Shown here in pieces: positions 1 through 5,572 of a stretch of DNA of 5,665 nucleotides. The notes under the pieces are model-generated. The model did not search any database, had not been told where the DNA came from, and worked only from the letters and a program-made list of their open reading frames with translations. Origin of the DNA: a virus; IMG/VR virus record IMGVR_UViG_3300045988_004551, positions 1 through 5,665 of that record; one strand, 5' to 3'. How positions within the stretch are numbered: position 1 is the stretch's first letter; every line of letters begins with the position of its first letter. A program made the translations under genes and the position numbers.

Positions 1-99
1 AAGTAACTTCAGGGAAACCGCAACAGCAAAGGCCACCGAAGCCGGAGAGACCGTGAGGCGCACATACCTCTGGGAACTCAACGAGAAAGGCGAAAAGGT
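1..99. repeat. Terminal direct repeat, copy 1 (circular-assembly redundancy)
   Basis: Bases 1-99 (aagtaacttcaggg...gcgaaaaggt) are identical to 5567-5665. An ORF runs seamlessly across the junction, implying a circular unit of 5566 bp. Confidence 0.97.
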
Positions 100-463
100 G
101 CTGACGCTTGAACAGGTCATCGACCAGCAGGCGGAAATCGACAGCTATATGGAAGAGACCAAGCTGGAAAACATCATCCGGAGGGCATCCATCGACCCTG
201 ACCTTGCGGCCAGACTGATGCCGGACATGGGTGGCGGACTTCAGGATGCAACCAATATGCCGGAGAATCTGATGGAGCTTCAGAACATCATGCTGCAGGC
301 CGAGCAAATCTGGAATAAAATCCCAAAAGAAATAAAGCTCAAGTTTGACAATGACGTCGATAAATTCGTGGCAAGCTTCGGAACTATCGACTGGGCAAAA
401 AATCTGGGCATTTATCAAGAAAATCCGCCTGAAGAGCCTAAAAAGGAGGAAGCCACTGAATGA
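1..463 (+). CDS. VP3: VP3 internal scaffolding protein (3' portion; full gene crosses the circular junction)
   Basis: The true start is ATG 5550 on the circle: MAYRSVSNFRETATAKATEAGETVRRTYLWELNEKGEKVLTLEQVIDQQ..., 159 aa in total. The GTG at 53 is an internal Val. It sits directly before VP1 and shares the position and composition of gokushovirus VP3. Confidence 0.9.
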   Translation, partial: SNFRETATAKATEAGETVRRTYLWELNEKGEKVLTLEQVIDQQAEIDSYMEETKLENIIRRASIDPDLAARLMPDMGGGLQDATNMPENLMELQNIMLQAEQIWNKIPKEIKLKFDNDVDKFVASFGTIDWAKNLGIYQENPPEEPKKEEATE

Positions 464-2124
464 ACAGAAACAAAGACGCAGGGTTTAACCAGGTCCCGAG
501 ACTGGACATTACAAGAAGTCGCTTCAAACGACCACAGGACGTCAAGCTAACAATGAACGCGGGCCAACTCATTCCGTTCTATGTGGACGAAGTGCTCCCG
601 GGCGACACCTTCAGCATCGACCAAGCAGCAATTATCCGTATGACAACGCCTATCTTCCCGGTTATGGACAACTGCCACATGGATATTTACTACTTCAACG
701 TACCGTGCCGTATCATCTGGGACCATTTCAAACGATTTATGGGCGAAAACGATGCCGGGCCGTGGGCGCAGACTCAGGAATACACCATCCCACAGATCAA
801 AGTAACTGGCACAGCTGACAAACCAGCACCGTACGAAGGAAGCATCATGGACTACATGGGCATTCCTACCAAGGTGAGCAAAGGAGCTGATAGTGAATTC
901 AGCATTAATGCGCTGCCATTCAGAGCCTACGCTATGATTTGGCAGGAGTGGTTCCGAGACCAAAACGTGGACAATCCGGCCATCAACAGCACCGCAGACG
1001 CAACCGTAAACTATACGGACGATGAAACCAAGGGCATGGACGCGGAAACGCCGGATTTAGAGTACATTCTTCAAAACGCATACACCGGAGGCAGACCGCT
1101 GCCGGTGAATAAGTACCACGACTACTTCACATCGGCTTTGCCGAATCCTCAGAAAGCGGGAGAACCGGTAAAAGTCCCACTGAGCGGTACAGCCGACATA
1201 TCAGTATACGAAGACAGAGATTTAACGAAACTGGCAAACCTGAATGGAAACTACAGCTGGCCAGGCCCAATGTCGTACCAATACGACAGCAAATACAATG
1301 GAAGATCTATAAGCATGGCATCGGGAGATAACATGCACTTCCTGGGCGCAAACCTGGGAGAAGCATCGGCAACAACCATCAATCAGCTGCGGCAGGCATT
1401 CCAGGTACAGAAGTACTATGAACAGCTGTCACGAGGCGGCAGCCGCTACCGCGAGATGATTTATTCGCTATTTCACACCAGAATCAGCGATAAGACAGTA
1501 CAAATTCCCGAGTATCTGGGTGGCAAGCGCATTACAATCAACATGAGTCAGGTTATCCAGACCAGTGGAACGACACAGGAAAGTCCGCAGGGCAACGCAG
1601 CGGCAATAAGCGTTACGCCATTCAATGGCAGCATGTTCACGAAAAGCTTCGAAGAGCACGGCTATGTTATCGGCGTGTGCTGCATCCGGCATGACCATAC
1701 CTACCAGCAGGGCTTGGAGCGCATGTGGAGCCGCAAGACTAATCTGGACTTCTATTATCCTGTCTTCGCAAATCTGGGCGAGCAGGCAGTTCTGAAGAAG
1801 GAGCTGTATCTCACTGGCACGGAAACTGATGAGCAGGCATTCGGCTATCAGGAAGCATGGGCAGAGTACAGAATGAAGCCAAACCGTATCAGCGGCAAGT
1901 TCCGTTCGAATGCAACGGGGACGTTGGACAGCTGGCACTACGGCGACAACTACAAGGAAACTCCCAGCTTAAGCCAGGCATGGATGAAGGAAGGAGACTC
2001 CGAAATCCAGAGGACTCTGGCCGTGGACAACGAGCCTCAGTTTATCATGGATACCGTCATCTACAATACATCTGTGAGACCTATGCCTATGTACAGCATT
2101 CCGGGCCTCGTAGACCATCACTAA
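460..2124 (+). CDS. VP1: VP1 major capsid protein (Microviridae F-like)
   Basis: 554 aa. The N-terminus [51 protein letters not shown], the segment LPNPQKAG, and [16 protein letters not shown] are hallmark gokushovirus MCP sequences. SD AAAAGGAGGA at about 441-450. ATGA overlap with VP3. Confidence 0.98.
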   Translation: MNRNKDAGFNQVPRLDITRSRFKRPQDVKLTMNAGQLIPFYVDEVLPGDTFSIDQAAIIRMTTPIFPVMDNCHMDIYYFNVPCRIIWDHFKRFMGENDAGPWAQTQEYTIPQIKVTGTADKPAPYEGSIMDYMGIPTKVSKGADSEFSINALPFRAYAMIWQEWFRDQNVDNPAINSTADATVNYTDDETKGMDAETPDLEYILQNAYTGGRPLPVNKYHDYFTSALPNPQKAGEPVKVPLSGTADISVYEDRDLTKLANLNGNYSWPGPMSYQYDSKYNGRSISMASGDNMHFLGANLGEASATTINQLRQAFQVQKYYEQLSRGGSRYREMIYSLFHTRISDKTVQIPEYLGGKRITINMSQVIQTSGTTQESPQGNAAAISVTPFNGSMFTKSFEEHGYVIGVCCIRHDHTYQQGLERMWSRKTNLDFYYPVFANLGEQAVLKKELYLTGTETDEQAFGYQEAWAEYRMKPNRISGKFRSNATGTLDSWHYGDNYKETPSLSQAWMKEGDSEIQRTLAVDNEPQFIMDTVIYNTSVRPMPMYSIPGLVDHH

Positions 2125-2134
2125 GAAAGGGGGA

Positions 2135-2157
2135 AGCCCGGGGCAAAACCCCGGGCT
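2135..2157 (+). other. Perfect GC-rich RNA hairpin between VP1 and VP2 (terminator/attenuator or structured ribosome binding site)
   Basis: agcccgggg(2135-2143)-caaaa-ccccgggct(2149-2157): 9-bp perfect stem followed by attttatt and the VP2 ATG at 2166. Confidence 0.85.
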
Positions 2158-2165
2158 ATTTTATT

Positions 2166-2972
2166 ATGGCGTTAGCAGCAATCGGCAGCGCACTACTCGG
2201 AATCGGCAAACAACTACTCCCAACAATCGCCGGAGGACTCATAAACAAGTTCCTGGGTGGAAACCTAATGGAAAGCAATGGAGGGAGCAGTCAGCACAAC
2301 GAAAGCTCGAGCCAAGGAGGCGGATACAGCAGCGCCGCCAGCGGCGTAAACCGAGAACAGAACCTGCAAGACTGGAACAGTATGCTAGGGGCAATTCAAA
2401 GCAATATGCAAAGCCAGCAGAAGTTTAACCGTAAAAGCATGTTCGAGCAAATGGGCTATAACACCATGGCGGCAATCACTCAGGGTGTGTATAACCAGAT
2501 AAGCAACAACGCAGCAATGGCCTACAACAGCGCAGAAGCAGCCAAAAACAGAGCTTGGCAAGAACAAATGAGCAGCACAGCTTATCAGCGAGCCGTGGAA
2601 GATATGCGAAAAGCAGGCATCAACCCTATCTTAGCATACCAACAGGGCGGAGCAAGCACTCCAGGAGGCGCACAAGCCACTATCAGCGGAGCAAGCATGG
2701 GACTCGCAAGCAGCAGTGCGGCGACAGCAAGCGCTCTCGGAGTAAGCCAGAACCACAACAACACATGGAGCAAAAGCGAAAGCAACTGGTACAACGCAGC
2801 ACAAGCAGTTGGAGACGCCACAAGCTGGTCACACACAAGCGCAGACAAAGCGTTAAAGGCGTTCGAAAACGTTCTGGGCCAGCTGGGAAACCTCACAAAC
2901 GACAATCCCAAAGGCAGTTCAACGAAAGACAAAGACGGCTTTGGAGGAAGCAAAGGAGGCAAATTCAAATAA
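2166..2972 (+). CDS. VP2: VP2 minor capsid / DNA pilot protein (H-like)
   Basis: 268 aa starting [24 protein letters not shown] (Gly/Ala-rich hydrophobic N-terminus). Contains [45 protein letters not shown], a hallmark gokushovirus VP2 motif. The ORF-track start at 1857 lies inside VP1 and is not the likely start. Confidence 0.96.
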   Translation: MALAAIGSALLGIGKQLLPTIAGGLINKFLGGNLMESNGGSSQHNESSSQGGGYSSAASGVNREQNLQDWNSMLGAIQSNMQSQQKFNRKSMFEQMGYNTMAAITQGVYNQISNNAAMAYNSAEAAKNRAWQEQMSSTAYQRAVEDMRKAGINPILAYQQGGASTPGGAQATISGASMGLASSSAATASALGVSQNHNNTWSKSESNWYNAAQAVGDATSWSHTSADKALKAFENVLGQLGNLTNDNPKGSSTKDKDGFGGSKGGKFK

Positions 2973-3992
2973 ATGGGATGCAATAAACCGCTAATCCGGT
3001 TTTATGTACCTCATGACAGAGAAGCGAGTGGGCGAGTGTACTCACTCGCTTCTTTTAACGAGATACACAAGACCAAAATGACATACGAAGACCTGATGTA
3101 TCGCAAAGATGTAATGATGATACCATGCGGACAATGCACAGGATGCAAACTACGCAAACGCAAAGACTGGGCCACACGAATGGAGCTGGAAGCATACAGC
3201 CACGAAAAGGAAAGCATCTGGTTTATCACACTAACCTATGATGACGACCATGTACCAACACAAGACACAGAAACAGGGGAAATCTTCAAGGGAGGCATAA
3301 ACGTCTGGAAAGGCACCTCAGAGCGTCCCAGAACGGTGCAAACTTTAAGCGTGGAGGATGTCCAACTATTCATGAAAAGGCTTAGAAAGGCCGTCAGCGG
3401 GCCTCTCAGGTACTTTCTAGCCGGAGAGTATGGAGACAACACCTCAAGACCGCACTATCACATGATACTATACGGATGGAATCCAGACGACTTAAAACCA
3501 ATTCACAAACTGTCAAGATTTGGACACTACACGAGCAATAAGCTGGTCAGAATCTGGGGACAAGGCACGGTCGATATAGCTCAAGCAACACCAGAAACAT
3601 ATAACTATGTAGCTGGATACGTGACCAAGAAACTATACGGAAACGACAAGGACAGGTATAAAAAAATGGGACTCATACCTCCATTCTGCGTGATGAGCCG
3701 AAAGCCAGGACTCGGGGACGAATGGTTTCAAAAGAATCAAGAAAGGCTATGGCAGCTTGGATACATCCAGCTGACAAACGGCAAGAGAGCAGCCATTCCA
3801 GAATATTATTGGCGAAAGCTGGAAGCTGAAAATCCTGAAAAAGCGTGGAGAATCAAGCGGTATCGACAAGAAAAAGCCATTGCGTCCCTAATCGAAAGAA
3901 ACATGGAAACTGACAAACAGTATGCCGAACAACTGGCCGATAAAGAAGCAGTCATGAAGAAGAAGATGTCCAAAGCAAAGGGCGTTTTTTAG
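2973..3992 (+). CDS. VP4: VP4 replication initiation protein (HUH rolling-circle endonuclease)
   Basis: 339 aa with FITLTYDDDHV (motif 1), RPHYHMILYG (HUH-type HYH at 3453-3461), YNYVAGYVTKKL (catalytic Tyr motif, candidate Tyr codon 3618-3620) and CGQCTGCKLRKRKDW (CxxCxxC at 3126-3146). AGGAGG at 2954-2959. The ATG abuts the VP2 stop (TAAATG). Confidence 0.96.
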   Translation: MGCNKPLIRFYVPHDREASGRVYSLASFNEIHKTKMTYEDLMYRKDVMMIPCGQCTGCKLRKRKDWATRMELEAYSHEKESIWFITLTYDDDHVPTQDTETGEIFKGGINVWKGTSERPRTVQTLSVEDVQLFMKRLRKAVSGPLRYFLAGEYGDNTSRPHYHMILYGWNPDDLKPIHKLSRFGHYTSNKLVRIWGQGTVDIAQATPETYNYVAGYVTKKLYGNDKDRYKKMGLIPPFCVMSRKPGLGDEWFQKNQERLWQLGYIQLTNGKRAAIPEYYWRKLEAENPEKAWRIKRYRQEKAIASLIERNMETDKQYAEQLADKEAVMKKKMSKAKGVF

Positions 3993-4001
3993 CTCTGGTG
4001 T

Positions 4002-4044
4002 CACTCAGCCAAGTAACTATCAAGTATATATACTTGGCTGAGTG
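4002..4044 (+). terminator. Rho-independent terminator downstream of VP4
   Basis: cactcagccaagta(4002-4015) / tacttggctgagtg(4031-4044): perfect 14-bp inverted repeat, 15-nt loop, followed by TTTTTTagTTTTTTT. Confidence 0.95.
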
Positions 4045-4063
4045 TTTTTTAGTTTTTTTATCA

Positions 4064-4104
4064 GCGCGCGCGCACGCGCACGTAATCGCGCACGTACACG
4101 CACG
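4064..4104. other. Alternating purine-pyrimidine tract (Z-DNA prone) with a 10-bp direct repeat
   Basis: 4064-4084 alternates strictly (gcgcgcgcgcacgcgcacgta), as does 4087-4104 (cgcgcacgtacacgcacg). CGCGCACGTA is repeated at 4075-4084 and 4087-4096. Confidence 0.85.
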
Positions 4105-4199
4105 ATTTTTATTATATTATTATTTACTTGTTGTAGTCGTAGTAGTAGGGAGTGTTGAAATGTTGAATACTATGAATTTTTATCCGTGGAACGATATTT

Positions 4200-4299
4200 T
4201 GTGGTTAATTTTGATGTTGATACTTTTGTGGATAACTTGTTGAATTGTTGAAAGTGTAGCAATATGCACAAAACCATTTGTGCAACTTTTTGTGGAAAA
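4200..4299 (-). promoter_or_regulatory. Cluster of DnaA-box-like 9-mers
   Basis: TGTGGATAA (4227-4235) is the exact reverse complement of TTATCCACA. TGTGGAAAA (4291-4299, TTTTCCACA) and TGTGGTTAA (4200-4208, TTAACCACA) are one mismatch away. All three have the same orientation. Confidence 0.6.
4265..4284. repeat. Short perfect inverted repeat
   Basis: TGCACAAA(4265-4272)-acca-TTTGTGCA(4277-4284). Confidence 0.8.
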
Positions 4300-4344
4300 C
4301 CTGTTGAAAGTGTTGAAAGTGTTGAAAATGTAATTAGAGGCAGC

Positions 4345-4407
4345 TCGGCAGCTGGCCGAAAGGTTACGTCATGCTCTTCGTACGGCGCACCGCGCCTAGC
4401 GCATGAC
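4345..4407. other. GC-rich structured segment, candidate replication-origin hairpins
   Basis: TCGGC-agctg-GCCGA (4345-4359). Outer stem GTCATGC(4368-4374)/GCATGAC(4401-4407) encloses an inner stem GGCGC(4384-4388)-acc-GCGCC(4392-4396). Confidence 0.6.
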
Positions 4408-4446
4408 CTTCAATGCAAAATTCTTCTAACTTTTTTTAAAAAAATC

Positions 4447-4475
4447 TTGACTTTTTTCTAAAAATATGGTACAAT
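4447..4475 (+). promoter_or_regulatory. Sigma70/SigA-type promoter P1
   Basis: TTGACT(4447-4452)-17 nt-TACAAT(4470-4475) with extended -10 TGG. Preceded by the T7A7 tract 4431-4444 (UP-element-like). Confidence 0.82.
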
Positions 4476-4503
4476 AAAATCACAGAAAGGAAAGGTGAAC
4501 ACC

Positions 4504-4689
4504 ATGCTGCACTTCTATGAAATCCGAAAACTTGACAAGAACGGTGAACCACACATCGTCCGAAAGCTCACAACAGAGCCAAAGATAGCAAAACAGGAGT
4601 TAAAAAAATACGCAGAAGAGAATCCGGGAGTTTATTCACTGTATCAAATTCACCAAGTAGCAGCATATTTTACGATAAAGGAGGATTGA
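4504..4689 (+). CDS. Small protein of unknown function (61 aa)
   Basis: MLHFYEIRKLDKNGEPHIVRKLTTEPKIAKQELKKYAEENPGVYSLYQIHQVAAYFTIKED. GAAAGGAAAGGTG lies 6 nt upstream of ATG 4504, so the GTG 4495 start overlaps the likely SD. Directly downstream of P1. Confidence 0.75.
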   Translation: MLHFYEIRKLDKNGEPHIVRKLTTEPKIAKQELKKYAEENPGVYSLYQIHQVAAYFTIKED

Positions 4690-4714
4690 AAAAAAACCTC
4701 TTTTTTGATATAAT
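4686..4714 (+). promoter_or_regulatory. Sigma70/SigA-type promoter P2
   Basis: TTGAAA(4686-4691)-17 nt-TATAAT(4709-4714) with extended -10 TGA. The -35 overlaps the stop codon of the 61-aa ORF. Confidence 0.8.
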
Positions 4715-4793
4715 GAAAATAATCAAACAGCACGAAAGTGTTCTTCTCAAATCCATTTATACAAAAATAACTTTACGAAAGAGGTGAATTGCC

Positions 4794-4898
4794 CTGACTC
4801 TCCAAGAAATCAAAATGCTGTTTGAAAACATCCAAAAAATCCTGGCAATGCTGGACAAAATTTACCATGCAGTGACAGGCAACGAACCGGAGGCTTAA
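4794..4898 (+). CDS. Possible 34-aa amphipathic miniprotein with CTG start (or ATG start further in)
   Basis: L/M-TLQEIKMLFENIQKILAMLDKIYHAVTGNEPEA. SD-like AAGAGGTG ends 7 nt before CTG 4794. The next in-frame ATG is at 4815. Located between P2 and the 75-aa ORF. Confidence 0.4.
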   Translation: MTLQEIKMLFENIQKILAMLDKIYHAVTGNEPEA

Positions 4899-4899
4899 C

Positions 4900-5127
4900 A
4901 TGGAGAAAAAACTGTGGAATGCAAGAGACCAGACCGACGAGAACCTTATGCGGGAACTGACAAAGACCTACAAGGCAATAGATGCCGCGTACAAAATGGT
5001 GCGACAGGCCGCAAACATCGAAGACGCAAAGTATTATATTGACATTGCGTTTAAGAAAAAAGCATTCGCCAGTAACATTGAGGTGGAAATCCTCAGAAGG
5101 GACATCAACCATGGCAAAGAGGAGTAA
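4900..5127 (+). CDS. Small protein of unknown function (75 aa)
   Basis: MEKKLWNARDQTDENLMRELTKTYKAIDAAYKMVRQAANIEDAKYYIDIAFKKKAFASNIEVEILRRDINHGKEE. GGAGG (4889-4893) lies 6 nt upstream. Charged, predicted mostly helical. Confidence 0.8.
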   Translation: MEKKLWNARDQTDENLMRELTKTYKAIDAAYKMVRQAANIEDAKYYIDIAFKKKAFASNIEVEILRRDINHGKEE

Positions 5128-5230
5128 AGTTCGCAAATCCAAAGACGCGAAAATCTATAACAAGACCGCTCGAAAGACAAAGGCTATCAATCTGGGAAGC
5201 GGAGCGATGAGAGGAGGAATCCGGCTATGA
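5111..5230 (+). CDS. Small basic DNA-binding / packaging protein (39 aa)
   Basis: MAKRSKVRKSKDAKIYNKTARKTKAINLGSGAMRGGIRL. The Lys/Arg-rich body and C-terminal PMRGGIRL-like tail are typical of the small basic ORF in gokushoviruses. The ORF-track start at 4982 is upstream of the SD (AGAAGGGA) and ATG 5111. Confidence 0.88.
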   Translation: MAKRSKVRKSKDAKIYNKTARKTKAINLGSGAMRGGIRL

Positions 5231-5325
5231 GCGCAGTATACACAGGAGTAACAGTGGCATGCCTCGCAGCAGGCCTTGTCTTCATCGTATTCGCAATCGA
5301 CATCATCAAAGAATGGTTCAAATAA
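5227..5325 (+). CDS. Single-pass membrane miniprotein (32 aa), function unknown
   Basis: MSAVYTGVTVACLAAGLVFIVFAIDIIKEWFK. GAGGAGG ends 9 nt upstream. ATGA overlap with the preceding gene. Continuous hydrophobic segment of about 20+ residues, then KEWFK. Below the length cutoff of the supplied ORF track. Confidence 0.75.
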   Translation: MSAVYTGVTVACLAAGLVFIVFAIDIIKEWFK

Positions 5326-5335
5326 GGAGAGCAGC

Positions 5336-5572
5336 ATGAACGTATACGGAATTTTCGACAACTGCGTGATGGGCTATATCACCATCTTTACCGAACGTGA
5401 CGACAAAGTGGCCGAACGCAATTTCAAAATCGCACTGACCGATGAACGAAACATCATGAGCAAGACACCGAGTGATTATCGGCTGGTACGACTGGCAAAG
5501 TTTGACGAGAAAACGGGCCTGTTTAAGAACGAAAAGGAGAACATCTTCGATGGCGTATCGCTCAGTAAGTAA
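5336..5572 (+). CDS. VP5: VP5-like nonstructural protein (78 aa)
   Basis: MNVYGIFDNCVMGYITIFTERDDKVAERNFKIALTDERNIMSKTPSDYRLVRLAKFDEKTGLFKNEKENIFDGVSLSK. Matches the 'MNVY.I.D...PSDY.L...G.FD..TG' pattern of gokushovirus VP5. SD AAGGAGA at 5324-5330. Stop overlaps the VP3 start by 23 nt. Confidence 0.85.
   Translation: MNVYGIFDNCVMGYITIFTERDDKVAERNFKIALTDERNIMSKTPSDYRLVRLAKFDEKTGLFKNEKENIFDGVSLSK

Larger units (their letters stand above)
4153..4326 (+). repeat. Iteron-like TGTTGAA repeats
   Basis: Exact TGTTGAA at 4153, 4161, 4238, 4246, 4302, 4311 and 4320, with variant TGTTGAT at 4215. The last three form a 9-nt period (TGTTGAAAG). Confidence 0.9.

Noticed and set aside
547-963. Minus-strand ORF (138 aa) opposite VP1
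   Set aside because: Fully antisense to the well supported VP1 frame, with no SD and low-plausibility composition. Microviruses transcribe one strand.
1468-1938. Minus-strand ORF (156 aa) opposite VP1
   Set aside because: Antisense shadow of VP1 with no independent support.
1857-2165. N-terminal extension of the VP2 frame into VP1 (371-aa ORF) or a -1 frameshift VP1-VP2 fusion
   Set aside because: The extension lacks VP2-like sequence, and the canonical MALAAIG... start fits the family. I found no convincing slippery site, so the open frame is probably by chance.
2585-2983. Minus-strand ORF (132 aa) opposite VP2
   Set aside because: Antisense to VP2. The leucine/alanine-rich composition is a by-product of VP2 codons.
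2555-2986. Arg/Lys-rich overlapping +ORF (143 aa) inside VP2
   Set aside because: Alternative-frame artefact of the A/C/G-rich VP2 coding sequence. No SD and low complexity.
4016-4036. Possible dif/Xer recombination site (some gokushoviruses integrate at dif)
   Set aside because: The AT-rich centre (atcaagtatatatacttgg) is the terminator loop/stem and does not convincingly match the XerC/XerD arms. No integrase and no flanking host DNA.
4128-4148. TTGTTGTAGTCGTAGTAGTAG trinucleotide-like repeat
   Set aside because: Short and imperfect. Probably part of the general T/G-rich bias of the non-coding region, with no separate function supported.
3998-4243. 81-aa hydrophobic ORF (MSLSQVTIKYIYLAECF...VVVVVV...)
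   Set aside because: Runs through the perfect terminator hairpin, the Z-DNA-like tract and the iterons, starts at GTG without an SD, and has composition dictated by simple repeats.
4264-4461. 65-aa ORF MHKTICATFCGKPVESVESVENV...
   Set aside because: Encoded by the iterons, hairpins and promoter -35 region. No SD, and the repeated VESVESVEN is only the TGTTGAAAG repeat.
4701-4720. TTGATATAAT resembling the phiX174 origin nick sequence CTTGATATTAAT
   Set aside because: The match is short and better explained by an extended -10 element (TGATATAAT) with a -35 at correct 17-nt spacing.
4810-5142. Minus-strand ORF (110 aa) and other antisense ORFs at 5155-5361 and 5318-5647
   Set aside because: Antisense to a tightly packed, SD-equipped gene series. 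No promoter or SD seen on the minus strand.
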